Source: Squalus acanthias (Eukaryota). From it: 64,000 bases of DNA. Positions 14,462 through 27,103 of this stretch are shown piece by piece. The first letter of the stretch is position 1. Each line of letters opens with the position of its first letter. The notes beneath the pieces are model-generated. The model was not told where the DNA came from. It saw only the letters and a program-made list of their open reading frames with translations, and searched no databases. Location: assembly GCA_030390025.1 (NCBI GenBank), contig CM059427.1, forward strand, positions 57,660,001 through 57,724,000, read 5' to 3'. The position numbers were made by a program, and so were the translations under genes.

Positions 14462-14705
14462 GAAGGGTGGTGACTCATGCTGGGGTATAGTTCTTTCTTT
14501 TGTATTGGCATAAGTAGGCATTCTTCATATGTGCTTCTCAACAATAAGTGTCAGCATGCTAATCAACATGGGGTCATCATAACTGAGGCTGACCCTGAGG
14601 GTCCTTGCCCAATGTGCACACCTGCACTTTCAGGAGGGCTTTGTGTGTAGCAAGTAGTAGTGACCCCGGCCAATTTTCCTTCCCTTCTTTAAACCAGGGA
14701 CACTC
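14462..14705 (-). mobile_element. Old tRNA-derived SINE (unassigned family), body fragment
   Basis: Shares motifs (cattcttcatatgtg, aagtgtcagcatgcta, ggggtcatcataactgag, gtccttgcccaatgt) with the copy at 58120-58507. Confidence 0.6.
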
Positions 14706-14817
14706 AAAGAAAGACTTGGATTTATATAGCGCCTTTCACGACCACCGGACGTCCCAAAGTGCTTTGCAGCCAATGAAGTATTTTTTGAAGTGCAGTCACT
14801 GTTGTAATGTCGGAAAC
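14706..14817 (-). mobile_element. DeuSINE/L2-type 3' tail fragment (~110 bp)
   Basis: aaagaaagacttggatttatatagcgcctttcacgacc...gtcactgttgtaatgtcggaaac. Highly similar to 26992-27103 and 31499-31618. Possible TSD actca. Confidence 0.85.
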
Positions 14818-15002
14818 TCAGATCAGCACCAACACCCTGGCTGTCTCATTGTCGGCTTGAGTTTTCATGGCTCAGTGTCCCAACTGATGATGGGCTTCTT
14901 AGTCAGTCTTGCCTGTTTTGAACTAACTAAGCCCGGGGAGCCCCAGTTGAGTGTCCTTGCCCTAGCCAACTCATAAGATCAAACAAAGTCACAAGGTGTG
15001 AT

Positions 15003-15063
15003 GGTTGGTATTCTCGAAGGTTGAGATCAGCTCATTTGATCTCAACCTACCCGAATACCAACC
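15003..15063. repeat. 61-bp inverted repeat (11-bp + 12-bp perfect stems)
   Basis: ggttggtattc/gaataccaacc and aggttgagatca/tgatctcaacct around a 7-nt loop. Confidence 0.9.
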
Positions 15064-15424
15064 CTACCATCTTCTCATTACAGCCTCCAATTGTTTCCTC
15101 AATTAATTCAGTGTCCTGGCCTCCCTTCTCCTGCAGCTGTGCCCCATTCTCCAGTTAGCAAATGGTACAGGAACAGATACATCGGGGGCTAATACTTGCC
15201 TGTTGACAGTTACAAATTCCATCAGTTCCCTGCATGTAGCAACACATCCCAAAAAAAATCAATTGTTCTCACCTACCAGCAAACAATACATCCATATAAT
15301 ATGTGGACGTATAATATGTCCATTTTCCTATGTATTATGTGATGAATGTTGTATGCAGAAATCACTTCAAGGTCTGTTTTCATCGTTTTTTTAGCGTATA
15401 ACATGCACTCCACAAAAACACACT

Positions 15425-15705
15425 TAGGCTTCAGGGTGGGGGGACATCACTGACAAATCAGATCCTGTTCTTATGCAACATCCATCCACATCCCTGTATT
15501 TTCCAGTAGGGATCATTCGATAACAACCAGGAACGGGGACCCTGGCTGTTTTCCCCCTTCCTAGCCCTGGGGCAATGAGCCCAATTGTAGTGCCCTAAAT
15601 GCTGCCTCAGCTCAGATTGTCTAACTCAGCATGTATCAGGAACCAGATCTACAACCCTTCTTGCTCATTACTACCCTGGGTGGTGTATTTAGTCATTGAG
15701 AGCTG
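15425..15705 (-). mobile_element. Old tRNA-derived SINE, 5' two-thirds
   Basis: ccctggctgttttcccccttcctagccctggggcaatgagcccaattgtagtgccc...aactcagca matches other copies in the window. Confidence 0.7.
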
Positions 15706-16233
15706 TGAACGGGGCGGGGGAGGGGGGAGGGGGGGCTCATTTTTCAGTATAAAATGGCACTGGCTGTATGTGAAAAATTCTGAAACCCTCCAAGGGAATA
15801 AGTGTAAGTTATTTTTTTTATATAATAATCAAATGAACAGTTATACAGGATAACACCTTTAAAACAACTCCTTTAAATGGGTACATACTTAAGTGGAGTC
15901 AACTGTATTAAAGTAAACAGTAATAAAGTATTCCTATACCAGCTGCACTATGCGTGTGATCCAAACAGTGACAATTCACTGTTTAAACAAATGCTAAAGT
16001 AGCATTTGTAAAGTAAATGTGTGGCACAAAACATAACACTCTGAAAAATGGATTGCTTAAAATGGCATATCGGACAGCCTATGGCAAAGTATATGATGCT
16101 ATATCTGATACTTGGCCTCTAACAGCTGTTACAAACCTCCCTATAGTTTGAAGGTAAACACTGAGGCATGCAATGAATTTATGATGTGGCAGCTGAAAAT
16201 ATCAGTGTAATGGCTAATGTGGGAGAGGCTCAC

Positions 16234-16422
16234 CATTGTCCTCTTGCCCATTGGCCTCTGGTGTTCCATGCCGGGACAGTTCTTCAGGCGCTTCTGGATA
16301 GATGATGGCTGTGTCACTCCGCTGCAAGTATTCCGCAATGCTAACCGCATGGCTGTCTCCTTCTTCGAGCTTCCGTTTGGCAAAATACTCCTCAAGATCT
16401 GACGTGCAATCTACAGTCTTTC
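16234..16422 (-). CDS. ZEB2: ZEB2 exon 5 equivalent (189 bp)
   Basis: Acceptor ttttag| at 16424-16423, donor |GTGAG at 16233. Encodes (G)[62 protein letters not shown]. Confidence 0.96.
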
Positions 16423-17196
16423 CTAAAATAATATATTGAGAAAAAGAGGGAGGGAGAAGAATGTCAGTTACCCATAGTCCAATTTTCTCTACAAGCCAGA
16501 GTGACTTGGCATCTCTCGAGTCACAATGCACAGCTTTGAAGGACTGCAATTTTACTTGGAATTTTTGCTTCCCCATACTGTTTAGCTCTTGTGGGAACTC
16601 TAACTGTTAGGTGGAGATAGCTGAAATAATCACAAACAAAGCAAATAAAACCACAGCCTTCATTAGCCAGGAAATGACAGACCCTTATTGGTACATGCTG
16701 ATTACAAGCCTAAACTGCCTGACTTGCTGGCATGCCAAGTTTTACTTCTGTTTTCCTCAGCCTTGTTATCTTTCAGGGTTTTTCCTTGATTTTTTTTTTT
16801 GTTACAGACATTTCAAACTTACACTGGAAACCTAGGTGCTATTTAAAGAAAAAAACAACATTTACAACAAGAGACTTCAGTAACATTCTGACTACCTAGA
16901 GCCTTTATGCTCCCAGAAAGAGGGCTTTCCCTCCACTCCAGTAACTGCAATTATTTGGTGTCAAAGATAAAGTTAGGCAGTGTATTGACAAATTACTCTG
17001 GTTCCTTAACAGACTGTCTCATAGTGTGTTAGGACATGAAGCACAAGATTCCCTCATGGTGAATTCCTGATCTATCAAGGAGAAGTGCCAAGTTGAAACT
17101 ATGGTGCTTTCCCAGAGAGTTACCCCATGCTCTTCCTATACTTCTCTTAGTGACCAGCATTGGCAAATAGATTGCCTGCCACTCCTGTACATATTA

Positions 17197-17646
17197 GGGA
17201 GAAAAATTCCTGGCAGTGACCCTCAGGTAAGTTCTGTGGTTGGGGTGGGGGGTGGCGGGCGGCTGGTTTTAGAGCAGGCAACAGGGGTAGGGGGTCCGAT
17301 TGTGAGGACTGCTGTAGAGTCACTCTTGCTCCTCCTGGCTTCACAGAAAGGGTGTTTTTATTTGTAATTTACCTTCAGTTGGCAGCCACAGAGGCCACTG
17401 AAGAATCCTGAGTGCAGCAGGCCATCGGTAACACATTTTGTAGAGGGGTCCTTCAACAGGCGTTAGGCCACTAATTAACATATTCGAGCAGCCTTTTTTA
17501 GGCAGCATCAAAAATGGTCCGGATGAATTTAACAGAGGGCACAAAGCCTGCGCAGATTGGGCACAGTCATCCCACTGCTAGATTGGAATGCTTTGCGCCT
17601 GTTTTTCGCCTGAAAAATGGGTGCAACGCATACCAATTTCTACCCC
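17197..17646. mobile_element. Degenerate MITE-like TIR element
   Basis: Ends are tta|gggagaaaaatt and aatttctacccc|ata (imperfect TIRs). GC-rich interior. Confidence 0.5.
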
Positions 17647-19198
17647 ATAATCTAGGTTGACACTTCAGTGCAGCACTGAGAGACTGCTGCACTATTACCA
17701 CTTCTTTTCCAAGGCCATCATGGCCACTAAACATAAATACTGACAGTCCTTGAGTCATGACCTACCCAAGACCTAGGAGATAGAACACTTTTATTTGTTC
17801 CTACCCAAGTATACTTATCCATGGTGGAAAATGGAATGCCAGATCTAAATCTAATCACCCTTCCTTACACATTCGTACCAAAGGACTGCACACCCAAAGC
17901 TACCAGCAGGCTTAAAAGGATTGTTGAAATGGTGGCACTGTGCCCGATAAAGAATGGATGACTAGCCACAAATACACAGTCCTGCAGAGAATTATAAAAA
18001 TAAAACTGACAACCATTTGTCAGTCTAAGGGGATGAAGTCATAAAAGGGATATTTGTGAAATTCATTTCCTACATGAATTTTAAATAAGCATGGAACAAA
18101 AGGAACTGTCTCATATTTAACACATTTTTTTCCATATTTATAATTTTAGAACGATCATTAGAACTATGCAGTTTGTCCTGTTAAAGAACAACAGTCACGG
18201 AAATTCAAAAATACAAGTTTTTCTGTAGGCAACATGTTGCAACTGAACCTCCCTTGTTAGGTGGAGTGGCTGCCCGTTCTTTGAAGATATGAGGAAATGC
18301 AGAAACACACCTGCTAAATGGGGGTTGGGGGTGGAAAGAGACCTAAAATATGTATTTAAATCTATCTTTGGTTTTTGATGCACTTGCAGAATCAGAAACA
18401 GCTTAGCTGGTTGCTTCTGTTTATTTCAAAACCTGTGACCAGTTTTCACGAGATTAGCAAAATATGTCATAGTGCAACCAGCTACTGGTAAAGTTCCCAT
18501 CTGAAGTTAAATTTAGACCGAAACGTATGTCTCTGTGGTTCAGTGTTGCAACTTTGATTTGCATTCTGGAAAACACCTTGATGAACCGAAAAAAAAGTGT
18601 TCAACCTACTAACCGAGAGAAAGGAGCCCATCTGCAGCCACCTGCATAAAGACTGTAAGCTTTCAATAGTGCTGCGCTATGGCTTTGACGAAAGCTCTTT
18701 ATCAGGTGGGAAAAATTCTCGGAATGCCCGTGAACACATGGCTGCAGGAGTGAGGTCAGCCCCCACTTACAATCAGTTGTTGGATTCACCCGGGATAGCT
18801 TTGGACAGCTTGGATCAGAATTAAAGGGACCCAGCTCCTTAACTGTCCGCTGTTTAATTTACTGGTGTTTACTTAAAGAATAAGCCAATTTAGACTGCAG
18901 AGACTTTAGACACACAAACATTACTACATCTGTGGCTTTCAAGCCACACACAAGGAACTGAACCCACTTGCTCGGTTAGGGGTGGGGAGGGGAGGGAGAA
19001 AGCTGGTTGGAAAGCACAGGAAGACAGAAACTTTAGGCCATTGTGAATCCAATGGAAGTGAACCCACAGCTTCAATTGTCGCAGAGTTTCATCCAGCCAA
19101 GCTTAAAAAAAAAGTGAATTTTACTTCACGGTGGGGCTTTTATAATAAAACCTCATACTTGTGCAGAAGGCATGAGACACAGCTGACGTTGTACTCAC

Positions 19199-19270
19199 CT
19201 GTACTGTTACCTCTACTAGGCTGAAGTGTGGCTTCAGGCCCCATAGTGTCATACTCTTCCTTCATTTCTT
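19199..19270 (-). CDS. ZEB2: ZEB2 exon 4 equivalent (72 bp, symmetric phase 1-1)
   Basis: Acceptor ctacag| at 19272-19271, donor |GTGAGT at 19198. Encodes (E)EMKEEYDTMGPEATLQPSRGNST. Confidence 0.95.
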
Positions 19271-20916
19271 CTGTAGAGAAAAGGGACATGAGAAGAGACT
19301 GAGTATTTATGAGCTTTAATTGTGGTGTTGTAACCTGCACACTGCCAGGCACAGCAAACCCTGGTAAAGTGAGGTATTCTTTTAAAGTAAACACAGGAAA
19401 GATTGCTCTAAACTCTTGTCTACAACGTCTTTGTTCTGGCCTTTTCAATGAATCCAATCACCCCAGGCCAGACTAGTACTTATTTACCTTCAACATTACA
19501 GCTAGCAGTGAAAAACAGAGGTACTCACAGAAGAAACTGAGGATTGAAAAGTGCCAAGCATTAGAAGGTAAGAGAGAAATAAGCAAAAAAAAAAGACTGT
19601 CAGCTTCAGTAAACAATCAAACCCAGCAATGTTAAACTAATCTCACAAAGACACACTGAATTAAAGGTAATTCTGAGAAGAGACCATTAGAGATATAACT
19701 ATTGTGCTGTACTATTTCTCATCTCATGTGACTCATGTGAGTCATGAGCATCATAAGTTTTCCATCTGAGGGCACTTGAACCAGCTGAGGAAAAAAAAGA
19801 CACAGTATTTTTGCATAATACCGGTAATGCTCAAGATTTCTGCTTCACTTACTTCCTCAGTGTCATTTTTAGGTAAAGGGTGAGAGAAGTTGTAATGTCC
19901 TGCACTATCTGTTTGCTGCCCCAACATTCATAAATAGGAACAATGTTTACAGATCTCTTTCTTGAGCTCAGTTTTGTTGTTGCAATCGCATAGACTGTGT
20001 GGCACCTTTAGTTAAAACCGCTACAATCATGGCCTTGTAAACAAATCAGACTCAAAACAGAAAACTCAGTCTGTGTAAAAGAGGCAGTATCCCTTTGGTC
20101 GGTCCCCAGAGGGCAGATTTGAAAGAAAAACAGCACACAAACACACTCTTCTCTTTTGCATACCCCCATCATCAAGTTCAAAATAATCAATGTGCTGTAA
20201 TAAATAACATGACAGGCATAGATGGCAGCTATCAGAAAGCCTGATCGTTTAGCATTGCTTAGTAAATTTAAAAGTACTCTCACCACGCAGACTACTGCCG
20301 AGAGAGCAATGTTGTTTTATATATATATTTGTTTCAATGGCCATGCTTTGTTGCTGTGATTTTCAAACAGCATAGTCCTAAAAGGGATATTGTTCCTTTT
20401 TTTGAACAAATAGGAGAAAGCAATGAACCTAATGCACTTTAAAACAATCACAGTGTGTTATTGTCTATCACGCATGGAAGAAATTTCATAGAAGAAGTAC
20501 TTAGTTCTGGACAAGAAGGGTTGAACAAGCAAAAGGAGCAGACACGCAGGTGATTTATTTGAGTGTCTGTCAGTGATAATGATGTCATGTTTTCCAGCAC
20601 ACTGTGTCCACCCATTGTGGGATAAAAGAATGTCAAGGACAATTCAAAACACAAAACTTTTATTGTGCTGTAACCGGAAGGAACAGTAAGAACTCGAGCA
20701 GGTCAGCTATGCTCTTCAACTGAGAACCTATTTCCTGCTAACAAAGTATCGTAACACAGGAGAGAGAGAGAGAAAAGAGAGGCAGCGGATCTGAAAGAGA
20801 GTGCAACCTGAGCTAGTGCTAGGGCAAAACATCTTATTGAGTGGCGCAGGAATGAAAACGTCTTGAGATTCTGGCAGCAATTGGTCAAAGTTGAAGCAAG
20901 AGTTGGCTGGGTGGGT

Positions 20917-20938
20917 GGGTGTGTGTGTGTGTGTGTGT
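20917..20938. repeat. (GT)n microsatellite
   Basis: Read directly from the sequence. Confidence 0.9.
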
Positions 20939-21419
20939 GGGCGCGGTGGGGGGCAGTGGAGGGACAGGAAGAGTTGTAAATAGCTCAGGTAAAATTATTT
21001 AATCAAGGGCAGCATCTGTGTTGCGGGTAGAATTGTAAATAAGCCAGCATCTGTGTTGTCGGCATGTGGCACCCTACTGCCAGGGCCAGACGAGGGTCTG
21101 TTCTTGTGTATGGGAGGGAGTTAATGTTGAGCATTCACTGTATGGGGACCCCACACAGCCTTCAACCAGTCAGTCCCTATTTGTACCACTTCCCCCCCAC
21201 CCCCACACAGTTTGATATATTGAAAGGAACATTCTGGAATCAAGTGCAATAGTGATCTTATCTTCAGATATTTGGGGATAAAATGTTTCCAATGGCAAAA
21301 AAAATTCTTACAAATGGAGCGCGTGGCAGCTGCCTTCCAGCTTGTGGGTCACCAGTTTCTTGGTGCTATTGCAAGTAGGCGCAGAAACATGACATTTAGT
21401 AAGTTTGTCTCAATTCCTA

Positions 21420-21651
21420 TCGTGAATCTTTGGAATTCTCTACCCCAGAGAGCTGTGGAGGCTGGGTCATTGAATATATTTAAGGTGGAGATAGACAGAT
21501 TTTTGAACGATGGGGGAGTCAAGGATTATGGGGAGCGGGCTGGAAAGTGGAGTTGAGGCCAAGATCAGATCAGCCATGATCTTACTGAATGGCGGAGCAG
21601 GCTCAAGGGGCCGAATGGCCTTCTCCTGCTACTATTTCTTGTGTTCTTATG
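21420..21651 (+). mobile_element. CR1 LINE 3' end
   Basis: Encodes VNLWNSLPQRAVEAGSLNIFKVEIDRFL. Same 3'UTR as 11820-12134. Confidence 0.92.
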
Positions 21652-21747
21652 GAGCAGTATGGTTTTGAAAACTACATTTTAGCAATAAATGTTATTTTAA
21701 TAAACTAAATGGAGTGGGAATGTAAAGTTGCACATGAGAACTCAGAG

Positions 21748-22490
21748 ATAATAACAACAACAACTTGTATTTATATAGCAGCTTTACTGTAGGAAAACGT
21801 CCAAAGCGCTTCACAGGAGCATAATCAGACAAAAATTGACACTGAGCCAAAGAAGGAGACATTAGGACAATGTGACCAAATGCTTGATTAAATAGGTAAG
21901 TTTGAAGGAGGGTCTTAAGTGAGGAGAGAGAGCTGGAGAGGTTTATGGAGGGAATTCAGAGTTTAGGGTCTATACAGCTGAAGGCAAGACCGCTAATGGT
22001 GGGGGGAAGAGAGTGGGGGATGCACAAGAGGCCAGAATTGGAGGAACAGATTTGGGAGGCAATCAACACGTCCCAGGACTTTGGAGAGCAAAGGGAGTTT
22101 GGAGATGGAACAGTAGTTTGGAAGGACAGAGAGTGGGTTTTTGAGGAGGGGAGTGATGATGGCAGATTTGAAAGAGAGGGGGCAGTACCTAAGAAGAGGG
22201 AACCGTTTACAATATCAGCTAGCGTGGGGGCCAGGAAGCAAAGTTGGGTGGTCAGAAGTTTCGTAGGAATTGAGTTGAGAGAGTAGGAGGTCGGAGCTGA
22301 GCTCGGAGAGGGCATAAGGAGAGTTAGGAGAAGCTATAGAAAGATGTGAGTTCAGGTATAGGGCCAGGGGGAAGCTTGGCTTGGTGGGCAAGGGGAAGGG
22401 ACAGATGCGACAGAGACAGCTGAACGGATGGTCTCAATCTTAGTGACAAAGAAGTCTATGAGCTCCTCGCACAGGTTGTTGAAGGTGAAT
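21748..22490 (-). mobile_element. L2-clade LINE fragment, internally deleted
   Basis: (TTG)n-type tail. The minus-strand ORF joins pre-RT sequence (IPTKLLTTQLCFLAPTLADIVNGSL) almost directly to the C-terminal SSNSGLLCIP..TISGLAFS..PKL. Confidence 0.82.
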
Positions 22491-22890
22491 AACGCTGTTG
22501 AAAGTCCTTATTCTTAATCATTTAAATACGCTTTTCCTCAAGAAACAGTTGTGCTATTCTGTTTATACTGTTTGAAGTGTTTAAAGCTAAATGTTTGAAT
22601 ATTTCCAGAAGAGTGAATGGTTTAATGGGAATGAGACCTAAAGCTTCTTTTATATTGGGTTTAGCAGGGTAATAGAACCGTTGGCTGCTGGTGCACGAGC
22701 TGTTGGACGGCAAGAGGCAATCCCAAAATAAACGTACTAGCCATGCAAAGGCTGGCAGATGGGAAAACCTGATAAAAAATTAATTTTACTGACCACTAGC
22801 TATAATGAATCTGGCAAGTTTACTTTAAAGTTGATGTTGGCTGCACTGTCAGGAGCTGGCAACTCTAGCACCCCAATATAAAATTTGATA

Positions 22891-23012
22891 TGTGGATTAG
22901 GCGAGATGAAGTAAGGTGGGAGGAGACTTATGTGGAGCATAAACACCGGCATAGACTTGTTGGGCCGAATGGCCTGTTTCTGTGCTGTAAATTCTATGTA
23001 ATTCTATGTAAA
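22891..23012 (+). mobile_element. CR1-type 3'UTR/tail fragment
   Basis: gtggagcataaacaccggcatagacttgttgggccgaatggcctgtttctgtgctgtaaattctatgtaattctatgtaa. Confidence 0.85.
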
Positions 23013-24454
23013 AGCAATTTTATTGGATGGAGTCCCACTGAATCATATTTAAAGGTGCTTTCATATTCATGCTTCTGTAGCTCCGGTTGCTGGAGAGCAA
23101 TGCTCGTGCACCAGCTACCTGTGTATACATTACTGAAATTACCTCCCTTATCTACACAGAAAGATTGTTGCACAAAGCTGCTTGGAGATATGGGAGCTAG
23201 GCTTATTAATACTATGTAGTGCAGCTAATGGAGGCAGATTGGATCTCCTTCAATCGGCTGCACTCATACTGTAAAAGCACCATTAAACTTAAAGATCACA
23301 GAACTCGAGAACTGATCCCAGTCGTCATCAATCAGGAACATTAGTGATTCTAGAACGGATGGATCTGGATCTTAATCATTTTATCGACTGTGCATATTTT
23401 GGATGGGCAGGAAAGTGGACTAATACCCTGCATCTAGGCTGCAATACGGTCTGATACAACATTTGAGTTTTTAACTCTGTTTAGTCTAAGGTGAGCAGCT
23501 TAGCACTGATTTTCAGTTCATGGCTCTCCATTCATTGACTGTTACCCCCATGTCTCTACATTGCACCTCAAGGCTTGCTACTGCTGTCTCCCAGCTGTGC
23601 AGGTTTTATGCCAGTTATGGTTGGTTTGCGCATGGGTGACGAGCACCTGCATGCACCCATTTAAGATACATCCTTTATGCCCAAGGGCGGCTTTAACTTA
23701 TTCTTAGGCTGATTCAGAGTACAAAATTCTGTAAGTTTACACTGGCGATCAGTGGTTTGCTCCAATTGTTGGTGTAAACAAGCCATAAAGCTCAAAGATG
23801 CATGGAAACCAAATTCCATTCCAAGTTGTACTTTATTGAAAGGGTTCACAGCCACCCTGTACCATTACCTAGGATTCTCCATTGTTTCAGACATCATGAA
23901 AGGTCACCAGTCTGTTGCCTATTTGCATTTAAAGGATGCCTTTGACCCAGGGAAAGGGTTAACACACAACTAATGAAGTCAGCTACTGAATCTCTAATGC
24001 CTGACCGTTTCTTCAGAATGTAGCCTTGACAGCTTTGCAGTGGGCGTCATGCGTGTTCTCTTGGGTGACCTTTCACTTGCCCATTGTATTTATTAGCAAT
24101 CTGGATTACTGCCAGGCCTTAGTGAGGCTGGTATGACACTGCCAGGCCTTCACTTGTGTAGGCGCAGACTCTGCATGGATTGTCTACACATAGTGCTCTG
24201 TTCCACCAGAGCCTTTAGCATCAATCGTAACAGTGCCAAACAGTGGTGTATTGCTAAATTCTTACTGTTTTGCATCACAATTTAGATAAATAGGAAACCT
24301 TAATAATATAACCTCAACTGCACCAAGGCACTGAACTGGCATTCTGGAAGGTATCACTGGCAAAGAGTAGTCCGCACACTACACTGACAAGCTGTGGCCA
24401 CTTACCATCTCTCTATTCCATTATCCACAATATATTATACATATTTTTTTTTAC

Positions 24455-24700
24455 AATTGGCTAAAGTGCCCTGGGTTAGGGAAGGAAAAATCAGGTTGGC
24501 TCCCATTCTTGATGACTGTACCCTAGTCCCTACTGGTAGTGCCCAATAGGCAACAGACTAGTGACCTTTCATTACAGCAGATGAACGTAAGAATGGGTTT
24601 GGCTGTAACATCTACCACAGTCAGTCAGCCTGTTGATGCACATGTGAACAATGGCATGAGATATCAGAGGGCAACAGCCACTCGTGGAACCCTACACTAG
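24455..24700 (+). mobile_element. Old tRNA-derived SINE body fragment
   Basis: aattggctaaagtgccctgggttagggaaggaaaaatcag...ggctgtaacatc...cagcctgttgatgc...gtgaacaatggc. Confidence 0.6.
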
Positions 24701-25156
24701 TAAGGAGAGGAGAGGAGAGAAAAATGAAAGAAAGAATCTTCCTGTTATGGAGGAGCAGGAGAAAATAATGAATGCATTTGTAGGACTCTTGTATCTTCCT
24801 CCCTCCCCTGGATAGAAGTTCTTCTGTAAAAATGTTTTGACAATATAAGTATCTGGTGCCATTCCTTGCAGCAGCTTCATGTGACTGAAATTATTAGAAA
24901 ATTTATCACAAAACACTCTGGCAATTAAAAATGTATTAAACTAGTCTTCATCTCACCTCAACCATCTACAATCTACTATCCACAGTACAATAAGTTTTAG
25001 TTAGGATTTTTTTTTATTTGCCAGTGGCAGGTGGAAAGTGTGTATTTATGGAGGCAGTGAGCACCATAGAGGCATCATTGGGCCTACAGAGTCTGAGTGT
25101 CAACTGGCAATCGTATCTGCTATGGCTAATGTATTTTTGAGGTATGATTATCTAAT

Positions 25157-25253
25157 ACTTGCATTTATATAGTGCTTTATCATCTTGAAACATGTCAAAG
25201 CACTTCACACAATGAATTACTTTTGAGAGGCAGTGACTGTTGTTATGTCGGCA
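25157..25253 (-). mobile_element. Older DeuSINE/L2-type tail fragment
   Basis: acttgcatttatatagtgcttt...caaagcacttcac...aatgaattacttttga...gtgactgttgttatgt. Confidence 0.7.
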
Positions 25254-26991
25254 ATCATAGGTTAACTCTTAAGAAGCTTCTTTACCCTTCTACCCACCCC
25301 ATGCAGCCAATGCTCTCATGCACCAGGAAGAAGCTGATTTTGAGCAAAAGCCTGGCAAATGATTTTCTAATTGGACACTGGTGAGTATGTATGGAGAAGA
25401 GGAGAGCTCAGAGATGGGGAGAAATTCAGCACTGTTTGATAGCAGAGCTGGCATATTCATTAATATCGTCCTCCCTTTCCTGGTCGCCCCCTCACAATGG
25501 CCCTCCCTTTCCCGGTTGCGCCCCTTCTGAACACATCCCCTTCCCCTTTAACAACCTACCCGAGGGCTGCTGCTGGCGACGCAACAGCCTGACATTCAAA
25601 GCCTCTAGCCAGCGAGCTGACTGGGGACGCACAGCAGGTGTCTGCAGCTCACCAGTCTTATTTAAATATGGTCCAACACCCAATATCGGGTGCACTTCGG
25701 GCCTACCTGTTCAGGCCCAGGGATCGCATTTCTAGGCCTATGTGCCTCTCAATTTTGACTGCTGTGATGTGATGGGTGTAATAATCTTGATTTACCTAAA
25801 TTTTTAAACCCCTTCCTGATAATTTGAATTAACGCATACTATTATCGCATGGGACCACACTAAGTGTAATTGATTGCAAACATAAGAGAGCCAGCAAGTG
25901 TTATACATTTTAATACCACTGTGTCAAAAATGTAGTATTTTTGTTTGTTTAGGCTTGGCTTGGTGATTGTCCCTTTAATTCCCGTCACAATATATATGCA
26001 GTTGAAAGCCAGCTGCAGTGAGAAATAGCAAATACACGTTACAACCGAATTCAATACGCATGTTACGAGAGCAGATCAAACTCGTTTTTGAACCGTAGGC
26101 TCGAGGGGAGGAACCAAGCTACTTTTGAACAAACACAGACATTTGTTCAGTTAAATGTACAACAGCAAATTAATTTTGAATCTGAGTGTCAGTTCTGAAA
26201 ATCCAAACAAGCTATGGCAACTAGTGAAAGGGTATATGAGTGGCTGAACCTGTGCATTAAGTTGAGTTAGTGGAAGAAAGTCAAACTGATGAGAATCTTC
26301 ACAGGAAAAGGTAAAATAGATTAGCCAGAGAAGACTACAGGAAAGAAAATGTCTACGTGTACAAAGGTTACCTATGAAGAAATAACTTTGCATTAGATTG
26401 CAACTCTTTTATTCTTTTTTCCACTTAAGGAGTTAGATAATACTTCTGGCTGTAAATACATAATTGTATTATATCAGTTAGATTATTTGCTTGTTCACTT
26501 GATACTTTAAACTTAAAATGAAGTCTGATGTGATGCTCTACTGTTTTTAAAGAGTAGAGAGAGATCCTGTGGAGTTCATGTAAATTCAAATAGCCTAAAA
26601 ATAATGAGCAGACAGGGTTTTCTGCTTGTTACCCCACGTTTGTTGCTGAAAGCCTACCTTGCTCGCAAGGCCTAGATAGACACACTCAAAAGCATGGGGA
26701 GTTGGGGCTCACTCAGGAGAGTGATCCAAGATATGACAACTGAAGTCATCTCGAGTAAGAAGGGTAGAAAGGACCCCAAAATTTAACAGCTACCTTGGAT
26801 AGATAAAAATAATCAAACTGCCCCCAGCTTTAGGTTAGTGAAATGTAGCAGGGAGTTTTTCATGAGGCATTAACACACCAAGGGGTTAAAGACGTGGTCA
26901 TAAACTGAGAGTTTTATCAACATCATCTGAACACTTCTCAAAGTGCTACTGCCTGAAAACACTTTCACAAAGTTGATATGCTACTCTATAT

Positions 26992-27103
26992 AAAAGAAAG
27001 ACTTGCATTTATATAGCACCTTTCACGACCTCTGGATGTCCCAAAGCGCTTTACAGCTAATGAAGTACTTTTGAAGTATAGTCATTGTTATAATGTAGAA
27101 AAC
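26992..27103 (-). mobile_element. DeuSINE/L2-type 3' tail fragment (~110 bp)
   Basis: Highly similar to 14706-14817. Confidence 0.85.
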
